A DNA stretch of 64,000 nt from Bryobacterales bacterium (GCA_965248365.1 CBDFJA010000004.1:342187-406186); one strand, 5' to 3'; positions 28,506-38,860 are shown, counted from the first letter of the stretch. Numbers and translations: made by a program. The notes: generated by a model not told the origin, from the sequence alone.

Positions 28506-29282
28506 ATGGATAGCCGGCATCTTACTGTCGAGCTGGCCCTACCGCTAGCAACCGTCACGCTCAACCGTCCCGAGCGCCGCAACGCGCTGTCGCTGGATCT
28601 CATGCGGGATTTGGCCGCTTCGTTGCGAGAGGTCGGCGCCAACGAAGAGATCGCGGTCATCATTTTGGCGGCCGAGGGGCCGGCCTTCTGTGCGGGCCAC
28701 GATCTGACGGAAATGCTCGGGGGCGACAAGGAGAGCTATCGTCTGGTGTTCGACGTTTGCACCAACCTGATGACGGAAATACAGCGTGTCCCGCAGCCGG
28801 TCATCGCGCAGGTGGATGGCGTGGCCACCGCGGCAGGCTGCCAGCTGGTGGCCTCGTGTGACCTGGTGATCGCCTCCAGCGGTGCTCGGTTCGCCACGCC
28901 GGGCGTTCGTATCGGACTGTTTTGCAGCACGCCGATGGTCCCTCTGACCCGTGCCATCGGGCGCAAACGGGCCCTCGAGATGCTGCTCACCGGGGATCCC
29001 ATCGACGCCGCGACAGCTTGCGAATGGGGGTTGGTGAATCGCGTCGTGCCGCGCGAACAGCTCGCGGAAGCCGTCCGGCATCTGGCCCGCCGAATCGCGG
29101 AAGCGAGCCCCTTGGTCGTACGGACCGGCAAGCAGGCGTTTTACTCCCAGATCGATCTCAACCAGCCCCAAGCCTATTCCTACGCGAAACAAGTCATGGT
29201 GACGAACGCCCTAGCCAGTGATGCGCAGGAAGGCATGAGCGCGTTCTTAGAAAAACGCAGTCCCGTCTGGAAGGGGCGGTAG
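28506..29282 (+). CDS. Enoyl-CoA hydratase/isomerase family protein
   Basis: 'LNRPERRNALS', 'FCAGHDL', 'PVIAQVDGVATAAGCQLVASCD', 'DAQEGMSAFLEKR'. Confidence 0.92.
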   Translation: MDSRHLTVELALPLATVTLNRPERRNALSLDLMRDLAASLREVGANEEIAVIILAAEGPAFCAGHDLTEMLGGDKESYRLVFDVCTNLMTEIQRVPQPVIAQVDGVATAAGCQLVASCDLVIASSGARFATPGVRIGLFCSTPMVPLTRAIGRKRALEMLLTGDPIDAATACEWGLVNRVVPREQLAEAVRHLARRIAEASPLVVRTGKQAFYSQIDLNQPQAYSYAKQVMVTNALASDAQEGMSAFLEKRSPVWKGR

Positions 29283-29338
29283 ACCGCTTTTCGCAACGCA
29301 AGCTTGCGTAAGAAAACACGTCAGGAAACAGACGATGG

Positions 29339-30667
29339 CAGTGCTGTCCGGGGAAAGTTACGCCAACGGACGGTAAGTCTCTACCGCTCAATGTCTTATG
29401 GCCTGTTTTGCCCGGGAACGATTTGAAATCCCGAGGCCGCAAATGGCCGCCTGAGCGGAGCATCCCGACGCGGCACAATGGGGGATGAACCTTGGCCGTA
29501 CGGTTTTCTCCCAACTGATCGAGCACCTGCCGAGCAAAGAGTTTCACAAATGTGTATTGCGCTACCGCGGCGATTCCTATCTGAAAAGTTTCTCCTGCTG
29601 GGATCAGTTTCTTTCGATGGCATTCGCCCAGCTGACCTATCGGGAAAGCCTCCGCGACATCGAGACGTGCCTGCGTTCGATGCACGGCAAACTCTACCAT
29701 ATGGGATTCGGCGGCAGGGTAGCGCGCTCGACACTGGCCGATGCGAACGAGTCGCGCGACTGGCGGATCTACGCGGACTTCGCGCAGGTCTTGATTGGCA
29801 TGGCACGGCCGTTATATGCCCACGACCCGATCGGTGTGGACTTGGACCAGACTCTGTACGCTCTCGACTCGACAACAATCGACCTCTGCCTGTCGCTGTT
29901 TCCGTGGGCGGGATTCCGCAAGCACAAGGCCGCCGTGAAGATGCACACGCTGCTGGATCTGCACGGCAATATTCCCACGTTTATCCGCATTACTGCAGGC
30001 AAAGTGCATGACGTCAACATCCTGGATGAATTTCTTCCCGAGGCCGGCGCGTTCTACGTCATGGATCGGGGTTATGTCGATTTTCGGCGCCTCTTCGTGT
30101 TCACGCTCTGTTCGGCCTTCTTCGTGGTGCGAACCAAAAAGAACGTTTTGCTGCAGCGTCGCTACTCCCACCCGGTGGATAGGAGCACGGGCCTGCGATC
30201 CGATCACACCGTTATTTTGACCCCCTTCAACTCCGCCCAAGCGTACCCGGACCCCCTACGGCGGGTGAGTTATTTCGATGCCGAAACCAACAAGCGATTG
30301 AAATTTCTGACCAATAACTTCACCCTGCCGGCACTGACCATCGCCCAGATCTACAAATCGCGCTGGCAGGTGGAACTCTTCTTCAAGTGGATCAAGCAAC
30401 ATCTGCGAATCAAGTCGTTTTACGGCACCAGCGAGAACGCCGTCAAGACGCACATCTGGATCGCTGTCTCGATTTACGTGCTCATCGCTATCGTCCGGAA
30501 ACGCCTCGGGCTGGAAGCGAGTCTTTACCAGATTCTACAGATTCTCAGCGTTACGCTATTCGAAAAAATGCCCGTTTTACAGGCACTCCAGCCATCCGAC
30601 TCCCAAAATGAATTCCCCTATGACCCCAACCAATTGATTCTATTCGACTTTTAACCGGACAGCAGTG
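29339..30667 (+). mobile_element. IS4-family insertion sequence, copy 3 (divergent isoform)
   Basis: Same IRs and length; substitutions concentrated about 29990-30420; no target duplication (AGACGATGG vs ACCGGAACG). Confidence 0.96.
29485..30654 (+). CDS. IS4 transposase (variant)
   Basis: 389 aa with intact DDE motifs. Confidence 0.95.
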   Translation: MNLGRTVFSQLIEHLPSKEFHKCVLRYRGDSYLKSFSCWDQFLSMAFAQLTYRESLRDIETCLRSMHGKLYHMGFGGRVARSTLADANESRDWRIYADFAQVLIGMARPLYAHDPIGVDLDQTLYALDSTTIDLCLSLFPWAGFRKHKAAVKMHTLLDLHGNIPTFIRITAGKVHDVNILDEFLPEAGAFYVMDRGYVDFRRLFVFTLCSAFFVVRTKKNVLLQRRYSHPVDRSTGLRSDHTVILTPFNSAQAYPDPLRRVSYFDAETNKRLKFLTNNFTLPALTIAQIYKSRWQVELFFKWIKQHLRIKSFYGTSENAVKTHIWIAVSIYVLIAIVRKRLGLEASLYQILQILSVTLFEKMPVLQALQPSDSQNEFPYDPNQLILFDF

Positions 30668-31335
30668 ACCGGAACGTGAGCGGTGACTTCGAGTATCACT
30701 CGGAGCCGTCCGGGGTAAGCTCGATCACACTCATGCATTCGGGCTGGGGGATGAAGATTATCGACTATGACAATGACGGCTGGAAGGACGTTTTTGTCGC
30801 CCAAGGCCATGTGGTGGATAATGTCCAGCTAACTAAGCCGGCGCTGCGTTATAAGGAGCCCTTGCTGTTAATGCGGAACGTCAACGGGAAGTTCGAGGAC
30901 GTCTCCGAACAGAGCGGTCCGCCTTTCCGGATTCCCAGGGCGGGCCGGGGGGCGGCCTTCGGCGACCTCGACAACGACGGTTTCCTTGATGTTGCAGTCA
31001 ACTGCAATCGAGAGAGCGCTGTAGTTCTAAGGAACCAGGGGAACAGTAACAACTGGCTCATCGTGAACACGGTCGGCACCGTCAGCAACCGCGACGGCGT
31101 CGGAGCTCAACTGCACCTCGTCTCAGAATCTGGGGAGGAGCAGTACGGCCTGGTGACGACGGCCGGAAGCTATTTGTCTGCCAGCGACAGAAGGGTCCAC
31201 TTCGGGTTGGGATCGGACAAGAAAGTTAAGCTGCTGGAGATCGCGTGGCCTAGCGGTCTTCGTCAGCGTCTTGAAGACGTTGCGGGCAACCAAATTCTGA
31301 CCGTCCGAGAGCCCGATGGGTCCGATGAAGAATAG
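30668..31335 (+). pseudogene. CRTAC1-family (FG-GAP + ASPIC/UnbV) protein, 3' fragment
   Basis: 'DYDNDGWKD', 'RGAAFGDLDNDGFLD', 'SNRDGVGA', 'GSYLSASDRRVHFGLG', 'IAWPSG'; begins mid-motif at the IS end. Confidence 0.88.
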
Positions 31336-31402
31336 CGTGCCCGATGAGCGGCTAGTGGAGAACGCCGGCTGGCGGGTCATGCCCGGGCTTCTTGACAAGC
31401 AC

Positions 31403-31532
31403 AAGCGACCGAGCTAGGTAAAAGGGAACCGGCGCTTTAGATGTGTGGGGGCCGATGCCCGGCGCGCCCCTGCACCGGTCCAGACACCAGGTTCGAATCG
31501 GAGAGCATCGCGGCCTGCGGAACTTTGACCCT
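31403..31532 (+). repeat. About 130-bp imperfect repeat, inverted relative to 45003-45125
   Basis: Shared blocks AAGCGACCGAGCTAGGTAAAA, TTTAGATGTGTGG, GCACCGGTCCAGACACCA, CGCGGCCTGCGGAACTTTGACCCT. Confidence 0.85.
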
Positions 31533-31916
31533 GACCAAGCACGAGGCTTGGAGCAATTCCTCTACGAAGGGTCGTGTCGGCTGGAACGGACCGCCGCATT
31601 GTAGCCCGAGCGCGGGAGTATCTCAACAAGAAAGACCTCTATTCCCTGCCGAGTCTGTGCTGACGCGGATCATCGGAGAACAGCGCAGGAAGGCGCGAGA
31701 AGCAATCGCCACAAGGGTTGCGGAAGAGCTTCCGCGGGATGTCTCTCGGGCACTCGAATAGTCCTGCCATGCCGGCCTTAGAACCGCCGTTCGCGCTCCA
31801 GCCTCATCGGGGATCGTCTCCGTATCTTTTATGCCAACTCAGATACTTTTAGCATCAAGCACGATTAGAAACGCCGCCATATTGTAACGGTTTTCCAACT
31901 CGCCTGCGAAAATCAT

Positions 31917-32369
31917 TTATCTTTTACCCTCAGCAATCTGAATGATCTCGATGCTCGTTCCCTGCGCCTTCTCTTTCGGAAGATAAAAGTATTTATTTCC
32001 AGACGCAGCTGTTACGAAGTTTGTGTTCAGGGGTTGTCCCAAAATATTTACCGGCGAAATGCCCAGGCGCTTCATTTGATTGCACGCCATCTCGATGTCT
32101 TCAACTCGCAACGCCATTTCCAGGATCGTTCCTTCGCCTTGCTCCCTCAGCTCCTGAACGCCAAGCCCTAACTCAGGCTCAATGAGCTGCACACAGGTCC
32201 CGGAACTCGCCCCGATGGAAACCATCGCAGTTTTTAGCTTTAGACCAGGCTTGTCGACGGTGACGACTTTGACAGGCTGACATTGGAAGGTCTCGACGTA
32301 GAATCTTATCGCCGCCTCGATGTCTGCAGCCACGACTCCCACATGATGCAGGTTCTTGATCATGCTCAT
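31917..32369 (-). CDS. VOC family protein (methylmalonyl-CoA epimerase/glyoxalase-like)
   Basis: 'LHHVGVVAADIEAAIRFY', 'VQLIEP', 'GTSIEIIQ'. Confidence 0.85.
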   Translation of the reverse strand: MSMIKNLHHVGVVAADIEAAIRFYVETFQCQPVKVVTVDKPGLKLKTAMVSIGASSGTCVQLIEPELGLGVQELREQGEGTILEMALRVEDIEMACNQMKRLGISPVNILGQPLNTNFVTAASGNKYFYLPKEKAQGTSIEIIQIAEGKR

Positions 32370-32408
32370 AGGGCCTCTCTAACCGTTTCGACGGATCGGT
32401 GCTTTCTC

Positions 32409-32843
32409 CTACCTTACGCGTTTCCAATTCTTTACCAACTCACGATAGGCACCTACTGGGCCAAATACGGGAGGGCTGTTGACCCAAAACAAATGCATTT
32501 CTTCATCTTCGGTATTGATAGCCCGGTGGCGACATCCCGGCTCAATGTATACCGCAGTCCCCTGCTCTACATCGACGACCTCATCATCGAGCACAAATTG
32601 CCCTTTACCACGGACAACAAAGTAGATCTCCTCTTCACCTTCATGAATGCTCAACTTTTCCTGCTCTTGCTTAGGAGGTAAGATTACAAACCCGGCGGAC
32701 ATCTTTCTGGTGGGAGTAATGTCCCTCTCGAACATCAGCCCCATGAAACGATGGTGCGGCTCTCGATCGGGAATCTCCCAACACATGGCCTCACTCATTT
32801 TCACGACCTTTCCCTGCATGTGGCTTGGGTCTCCTGTCTTCAT
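32409..32843 (-). CDS. Cupin domain protein
   Basis: 'HEGEEEIYFVVRGKG', 'IEPGCRHRAIN'. Confidence 0.88.
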   Translation of the reverse strand: MKTGDPSHMQGKVVKMSEAMCWEIPDREPHHRFMGLMFERDITPTRKMSAGFVILPPKQEQEKLSIHEGEEEIYFVVRGKGQFVLDDEVVDVEQGTAVYIEPGCRHRAINTEDEEMHLFWVNSPPVFGPVGAYRELVKNWKRVR

Positions 32844-33640
32844 TTCTCTTTGCGAAAGGTATCACCCTGTAAAGCGTTGCTGCTTGTTGAAGCGGCCATG
32901 GCGTAAATCCCGCCGTCTGTGCACACGATGTTCCCGGTGACGTAGTTTGACTCCGATGAAGCCAAAAACAACACGACCTTTGCCTGATCTTCTGGCGTGG
33001 CCAGCCGGTTCAGTGGGGTTCGTGCAGCTCTTTGAGCCCGGTATTGTTCCGTCGTCGACTCCAAAAGCATCGACGTGAGCGTGGCGCCGGGGCAGATACA
33101 GTTCACGTTTATGTTGTACTTGCCCCATTCCGCGGCAAGAGCTTTCGTCAATCCCACAACTCCGTGTTTCGCGGCGGTGTAGTGTGTCATGTAGGGAACC
33201 CCCGCGACCCCTGCCGTAGAACTGAAGTTGATGATTTTCCCCCGGGTTCTCTTGATCATTCCTTTCCCAACCTCGCAACAGCAGTAGAACACGCCGCTTA
33301 GATCGACACCGATCATTCTGCGCCATTGCTCGGCTGTGATTTCTTCTGCGGGTGAGAACTCGGTGACCGCCGCACAATTGACGAGGATGTCTACGGCATC
33401 ATGTCTGCCTGTCACCGCGGCCACAAAGCCAACCACCTGATCATGGTCCGAAACGTCAACACCTTCCGCTTCAGCTTGATCCCCAGCCTCCTGGATCTCT
33501 TTGGCCGTTGACCTCGCCGACTCGATGTCGATGTCGGCAACGACAACACGAGCCCCCTCCTTCGCCAGGAATCGGCTGATCGTTTGTCCCATTCCCGAAC
33601 CACCGCCCGTCACAATGGCTACGCTGCCTTTTAGTTTCAT
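32840..33640 (-). CDS. SDR family oxidoreductase
   Basis: 'TGGGSGMG', 'VNCA', 'YTAAK', 'NCICPG'. Confidence 0.92.
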   Translation of the reverse strand: MKLKGSVAIVTGGGSGMGQTISRFLAKEGARVVVADIDIESARSTAKEIQEAGDQAEAEGVDVSDHDQVVGFVAAVTGRHDAVDILVNCAAVTEFSPAEEITAEQWRRMIGVDLSGVFYCCCEVGKGMIKRTRGKIINFSSTAGVAGVPYMTHYTAAKHGVVGLTKALAAEWGKYNINVNCICPGATLTSMLLESTTEQYRAQRAARTPLNRLATPEDQAKVVLFLASSESNYVTGNIVCTDGGIYAMAASTSSNALQGDTFRKEK

Positions 33641-33681
33641 AAGTAGCTCGCTAACTAATAGCCAGCCAAAAAACTCCCCCA

Positions 33682-34455
33682 CTAGCCCGCGTGCTTGGCG
33701 CGAACGCTCGTGACAATACCACCGTCCACTGGCAAGATCGCTCCCGTGATCCAGTCCGAGGAACCAGAGGCCAAAAAAAGCGCAGCGGCTGCAATGTCCG
33801 CAGGTTTGCCAAGTCTTCCGAGCGGCGTGCGCCGAAGAATTCCTTCCTGAAACGCTTTGTCCGTCTGCTCTTCAAACAACGGCGTCCAAATCGGCCCGGG
33901 ACAAATGCAGTTAACGTTGATTCCGTAAGGGCCGAGGTCAACGGCCAGCGCCCTTGTCAGACCGACAACGCCGTGTTTGGACGCTATGTATGGAATTGCC
34001 ATGGGGTAACCGAGTACAGCTCCCACTGATCCGATGTTAATGACCTTGCCGCTCCGCTGTTTCATCATTTGCGGCATCACGGCATGACAAAAGTGGAAGG
34101 TACCGTCCAAGTTGACCGAACGAAGTTCTTCCCAATAATCTTGCGTGACTTCCTCAGGCATTCTGAACTCATTGAAGCCGGCACAGTTGACGAGAATATC
34201 GATGGCGCCGAAGGTGCCAAGCGCCGTCTCAACGGCCTTATCGACTCTCTTACGGTCTCGAATATCGACGTGCAACAAGATCGCTTGACCGCCGCTGGAT
34301 TCAAGGGCTTGAACGACGCTTTGTCCTCGGTCAGCATTAATGTCCGCGATTGCGATCTTCGCTCCCGCGTTTGCAAACTGTGTACAGGTCTCTTCACCAA
34401 TCCCCGACGCACCCCCCGTGACTATCGCGACCTTGCCCGTTAAAACCATTCGCAT
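33682..34455 (-). CDS. SDR family oxidoreductase
   Basis: 'TGGASGIG', 'NIGS', 'YIASK', 'NCICPG', 'VDGG'. Confidence 0.92.
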   Translation of the reverse strand: MRMVLTGKVAIVTGGASGIGEETCTQFANAGAKIAIADINADRGQSVVQALESSGGQAILLHVDIRDRKRVDKAVETALGTFGAIDILVNCAGFNEFRMPEEVTQDYWEELRSVNLDGTFHFCHAVMPQMMKQRSGKVINIGSVGAVLGYPMAIPYIASKHGVVGLTRALAVDLGPYGINVNCICPGPIWTPLFEEQTDKAFQEGILRRTPLGRLGKPADIAAAALFLASGSSDWITGAILPVDGGIVTSVRAKHAG

Positions 34456-34544
34456 TTCCTCAACCCGCTCGAGAACTATCTACTTAATCGGCCCTATAAT
34501 TAATAAGAGTTAAGATACCTTTGCGTCATGGATGGGCCCGATCC

Positions 34545-34572
34545 GGAAAAAAGGGCGCAGCCGGCCAATTCG
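34545..34572 (-). promoter_or_regulatory. Candidate cis-regulatory motif shared with 9432-9459
   Basis: Reverse complement CGAATTGGCCGGCTGCGCCCTTTTTTCC. Confidence 0.35.
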
Positions 34573-34652
34573 ATTGCGCTTAAGGTGCTCTTTTTGCAAT
34601 GTCATGAGATCGATCGCATTGGTGACCGGCCCCGATTTTCCGCCACGGCCTG

Positions 34653-36146
34653 CTAAGCCGGAGCAGACCCTTCCATCAGGTCCGTGATCACCCGTGGCTG
34701 GTTGATTCGGGTGTCGGTGGGCGTCTCTTGTATCCCGTGGTGGGGATAGACCAGACGAGCATGGTCGAGGCCGAGCGAGTGCAGAATCGTGGCGTGCAGG
34801 TCCGGCACACTCACGCGGTTCACCACAGCCTTGTAGCCGAACTCATCTGTCTCCCCATAAGCAAAACCCTTTTTGAAGCCCCCACCGGCTAACACCAGGC
34901 TGAACGCGTGGCGATTGTGGTCGCGCCCGTTCCCGCCCGATGCATTGGGCTGCGTGGTCGGCAGGCGTCCGAACTCCCCGGTCCAAAGGACAATGGTTGT
35001 GTCCAGCAGGCCACGTTCCTTTAGATCCCGAATCAGTGCCGCAAAGGGCTGGTCCGTGCCATTGCATATTGTGCGCATCCCGCTTTCAAGGCTGCTGTGG
35101 TGGTCCCAGGGATTGAAATCGGGTTCCAAAGGCGGAAAGACCTGCACAAATCGCACGCCGGCTTCAACAAGCCGCCGGGCCATCAGGCATCGCACGCCGA
35201 AACCCGCGGTCACCGCGTTGTCCAACCCATAGAGCTTCTTCGTGGTCCCCGTCTCCTTCGAAAGGTCAAGGACATCTCCCGCGGCAATCTGCATCCGTGC
35301 GGCCAACTCATAGTTTTGGATACGCGCCTCATATTCGCTTTCCCTGGGGTGCGATCGGGCGTGCAGTGAGTTGAGCTTGCCAAGCATTCCGAGATCGGCC
35401 TGCTGGGCGCCGGGCGGCAGAGGAAGAGTGGGACTGAGGTGGTGGACAGGTTGTCCGGCAGAGCTGAACTCGACGCCCTGAAAAAGGGCAGACAAGAAGC
35501 CACTGGTCCACACGACTTTCCCGCTCGAGCTGTATCCCTTGGGGTCCCGTAACACGATGTAAGCCGGCAGATTCTCGTTCTCGGTCCCCAAGGCGTAAGT
35601 GATCCAGGCCCCCATGACAGGGCGTCCCGCAAATGTGCTGCACGACTGCATCATCATCACCCCTTCAGGGTGGTTGTTGTTCGTCGTATACATCGACCGC
35701 ACAATGCACAGCTCATCAGCCACGCCGGCGATCTGCGGAATGACGTCAGAGAAGTCCAAGCCCGACTGCCCGTAGCGTTTAAAAGTGAAAGGGCTCGCGA
35801 AGAGTCTGTCGCTGTTATTCCGCTGGAAGGTTTCCACTCCGGTCGGGTGCGGCTGGCCGCTCCATTTTGTGAGTTCCGGCTTTGGATCGAACAGATCCAT
35901 CTGACTTGGACCACCGCTCTGCATGAGCTGAATCACCGCTCTGGCCTTCGGCTCAAAATGCCCGGACCGAGGCTTCAGATCACGGAAGACCTGTGTGCCG
36001 GATCCACTATCAGCTCCCAGCAACCCTTCTCGGCTCAGAAGGTAGTTGAAGGCCAGGCTCCCGAAGCCAAGTCCCGAGAGCTCAAGCGCCCGTCGACGCG
36101 AGAGCGGCTGCGGCGCCCATTTTTTCATGGTGTTCCGTACGCGCAT
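34653..36146 (-). CDS. DUF1501 domain protein with Tat signal
   Basis: 'SRRRALEL', 'GGPSQMDLFDPKP', 'RRLVEAGVRFVQV', 'WDHH', 'GEFGRLP', 'GRDHN'. Confidence 0.9.
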   Translation of the reverse strand: MRVRNTMKKWAPQPLSRRRALELSGLGFGSLAFNYLLSREGLLGADSGSGTQVFRDLKPRSGHFEPKARAVIQLMQSGGPSQMDLFDPKPELTKWSGQPHPTGVETFQRNNSDRLFASPFTFKRYGQSGLDFSDVIPQIAGVADELCIVRSMYTTNNNHPEGVMMMQSCSTFAGRPVMGAWITYALGTENENLPAYIVLRDPKGYSSSGKVVWTSGFLSALFQGVEFSSAGQPVHHLSPTLPLPPGAQQADLGMLGKLNSLHARSHPRESEYEARIQNYELAARMQIAAGDVLDLSKETGTTKKLYGLDNAVTAGFGVRCLMARRLVEAGVRFVQVFPPLEPDFNPWDHHSSLESGMRTICNGTDQPFAALIRDLKERGLLDTTIVLWTGEFGRLPTTQPNASGGNGRDHNRHAFSLVLAGGGFKKGFAYGETDEFGYKAVVNRVSVPDLHATILHSLGLDHARLVYPHHGIQETPTDTRINQPRVITDLMEGSAPA

Positions 36147-36185
36147 AAGCCGAACCCTCCTCTCAAGTACTGGTCCTTACACAAG

Positions 36186-38837
36186 CTATTCGACATAAAG
36201 GAACTCCGTAGAAGCCATCAGTGCCCGGCATAGCCCGGCAAGGGCACTCTGGGACGCCTCCTCCACTGGGTACCCGAGGCCCGAGTACCGATCCTCCTGC
36301 TCCGCCAGATGTTCCAACGACGCCTGGCTCTCTTCAGCAGATGGTGTGCGACCGAAGGCCAAGACGAACGCCGTTCCGATCGTACTCTCCCGACTTGCTT
36401 TGGGGCCCGCAAGTTTGTTTATTCGAGCCGCACAGTCATTCGCTCGCTCCATCGCAAATTCACTGTTCAGCATCGTGAGAGACTGCAGTGGTGTCGCGGA
36501 CTGCGTCCGCTCCGTACAGTTCAGCGCCATGACTGGAAAATCAAATACGTCTAAGAAGCTCGTCGAATAGTTCCGCCGAGCGAACAGGTACACGCTTCGC
36601 CGAAACTGGCTTCCGTCGGTCGGACCGTGGACCGATGCCGTGATAAGCGCATCGGCACCCCATTCCAGAGGCACTGGCGGACCTCCCGGAGTGAGGTCTA
36701 GTTTGCCGCTGACGGATAAGACGGCGTCCCGCAAGGCCTCCGCTTCGAGCCGCCGTGGATTCATTCTCCAGAGCAGATCGTTGCCGGGATCTAGATTCTC
36801 AGCCTTGAAGGGCTCACCACGAGGTGGCCGTCGAGAGGACTGCTTGTAAGCCGTTGACGTCATGACCAGCTTGTGAAGCCTCTTGAGCTTCCAGCCGTTT
36901 TCGATAAAATCCGAGGCCAGCCAATCCAGTAGCTCGGGATGCGTTGGGAGAGTGCCCTTGCGACCGAAGTTCCCTGGCGTTCGAACAATACCGGAAGCAA
37001 AATGATGCATCCAGATGCGGTTGACCATCACCCGGGCAGTCAGCGGAGCCGCACCTCCTTCCGTCAACCATCTCGCAAGGCCCAGTCTTTGGCCGCTCGA
37101 AGCCGTATTGATCACGCTGACGCTTCGAGCGTCCTTCGGATCGGAGAGTACTGACAGAAACCCTGGGGTCACCTCAGGACCCGGGGTGTCGAGACTGCCT
37201 CGGTGTAGGAATCGGATCGTCGGTGGAGAACCCGTGTCCCACAACGCCTGAACTTTACCCGTGGAGCGCCGCCACCCTCGGAGCGTCTCAATCCGCTCTT
37301 CGAACTTCTGCTTGGTTGTTCTTTCTCTTTCGCTGAGCCGACTCTCGATCTCGCTCGCACTTACACTGAGCGCGGGTGACAGTTGGCTGAAAAGATACTT
37401 CTGCACGGCAGTGCGCTTGTCGGGAGGTGTCGCGAAGGCGAGCCTAACTTCGGCTTTTAATGAGTCAGGCACTGTCGCGGAGAGCTTCAGGTCGAACAAT
37501 TCGCTGCGGTGGGGCTCCAAGAGTGCATCGAGTTGCCCCGTCATTTCGCCAAGCGGCCGGTCGATCTCCTCGTTATGCCGGCGGATCTCGTCTTGCTCTA
37601 CTTGCGACACGTCGGGAAGGTAACGGTCTTTCGGCTCCAGCCACTCGTCGGGGTTATAAGCATGGGCAAAGATGGCCAGGAGGCGGTAATAGTCAGCCTG
37701 GGGTATAGGATCGTACTTGTGGTCATGGCAGCGCGCGCAGCCACCGGTCAGTCCGAGGATACTGCTCGTGAAGTGGTCCGCGACCCGGAATAAAACCTCG
37801 TACCTGTCGATGGGGCGCTTCAATTCGGGCTCATCAGTGAGATCTTTCACTGTCCGCAAGAAGCCCGTTGCGACCAGGGCATCGAGGATTTCAGGCGTAT
37901 AGCTAGCCGCGTTACGCCAATCGAAGAGCTCGTCGCCGGCAATCTGCTCGGTCAGAAAGCGATCGAAAGGCTTGTCTTTGTTATGCGAGCGAATCACATA
38001 GTCTCGATACCGCCAGATGCCTTCGTTGGGCGTCAAGGTATCCAGCTCGGAGGCGTAACTTGCTTCGTCCGTGTAGCCGGCCACGTCGAGCCAATGCCTG
38101 CCCCATCGCTCTCCGTAGTGCGGGGAGTCGAGTAGGCGGTCAATCATTCGCTCGTACGCATCAGTCCTGCTATCCGAGACAAATTGCCGCACCTCATCAG
38201 GCGAGGGCAGCAATCCCACGAGATCAAAGTAGGCACGGCGCATCAGTACCCACTTCGGCGCATCGGCCGAGAACGTAAGTCCTTTGGACTCCAGCTTCGA
38301 TAGCAGAAAGGCATCAATTGCCGTCCGCACGCGCTGGGAGACCTTCACCTTCGGCACTGCTGGTCGCGCCAGCGGTCGGAACGCCCAGAAGTCTCTGTCC
38401 TCTTCGGTAATCTTCCCGGAGGTCAGTAATACGTCCGCTGCGGTATCGGCTTGATGCGGGCCGGACGCTCCCGTATCGATCCATTTTCGGATGGCCTCGA
38501 TTTGATCGGAGGAGAGAGGCTGCCCCAATCCCGGCGGAGGCATTGTGCGGTCACTGACCTTTTGGTACAGAATGCTGTTTTCCGACGCTCCCTTTACGAC
38601 TACCGGGCCCCGCTGGGACCCTTTCAACAAGGCGGAGACGGACGTTAAGTCCAGACCAGCCGTGGGGCTGGTCCCACTGTGGCACCCAGCGCAATGTAAC
38701 TTGAATACCTCCACCGCCGCTCGCTCCAGTTGCGCCAGAGGCTGCGCAGAAAGAGACGTAGTCGCGAAGGATCCCGACAACACTAGAACCCCCAGCGTCC
38801 AGATGCCTCGTGGTCTCTTTCTTTGGTCCATGCCCAC
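36186..38837 (-). CDS. Planctomycete-type cytochrome c / DUF1549 / DUF1553 (PSD1) protein
   Basis: CxxCH motifs 'CAGCH' and 'CARCH'; 'YGERWGRHWLDVAGY', 'HPELLDWLA', 'RRLEAEALRDAVL', 'PLQSLTMLNS'. Confidence 0.92.
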   Translation of the reverse strand: MGMDQRKRPRGIWTLGVLVLSGSFATTSLSAQPLAQLERAAVEVFKLHCAGCHSGTSPTAGLDLTSVSALLKGSQRGPVVVKGASENSILYQKVSDRTMPPPGLGQPLSSDQIEAIRKWIDTGASGPHQADTAADVLLTSGKITEEDRDFWAFRPLARPAVPKVKVSQRVRTAIDAFLLSKLESKGLTFSADAPKWVLMRRAYFDLVGLLPSPDEVRQFVSDSRTDAYERMIDRLLDSPHYGERWGRHWLDVAGYTDEASYASELDTLTPNEGIWRYRDYVIRSHNKDKPFDRFLTEQIAGDELFDWRNAASYTPEILDALVATGFLRTVKDLTDEPELKRPIDRYEVLFRVADHFTSSILGLTGGCARCHDHKYDPIPQADYYRLLAIFAHAYNPDEWLEPKDRYLPDVSQVEQDEIRRHNEEIDRPLGEMTGQLDALLEPHRSELFDLKLSATVPDSLKAEVRLAFATPPDKRTAVQKYLFSQLSPALSVSASEIESRLSERERTTKQKFEERIETLRGWRRSTGKVQALWDTGSPPTIRFLHRGSLDTPGPEVTPGFLSVLSDPKDARSVSVINTASSGQRLGLARWLTEGGAAPLTARVMVNRIWMHHFASGIVRTPGNFGRKGTLPTHPELLDWLASDFIENGWKLKRLHKLVMTSTAYKQSSRRPPRGEPFKAENLDPGNDLLWRMNPRRLEAEALRDAVLSVSGKLDLTPGGPPVPLEWGADALITASVHGPTDGSQFRRSVYLFARRNYSTSFLDVFDFPVMALNCTERTQSATPLQSLTMLNSEFAMERANDCAARINKLAGPKASRESTIGTAFVLAFGRTPSAEESQASLEHLAEQEDRYSGLGYPVEEASQSALAGLCRALMASTEFLYVE

Positions 38838-38860
38838 CTTTCGTTTAGGTAACCTACTGC

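Noticed and set aside
31486-31505. tRNA-like T-loop GGTTCGAATC
   Set aside because: Flanking bases cannot form a T-stem, and the paralogous repeat copy reads AGTCCGAATC
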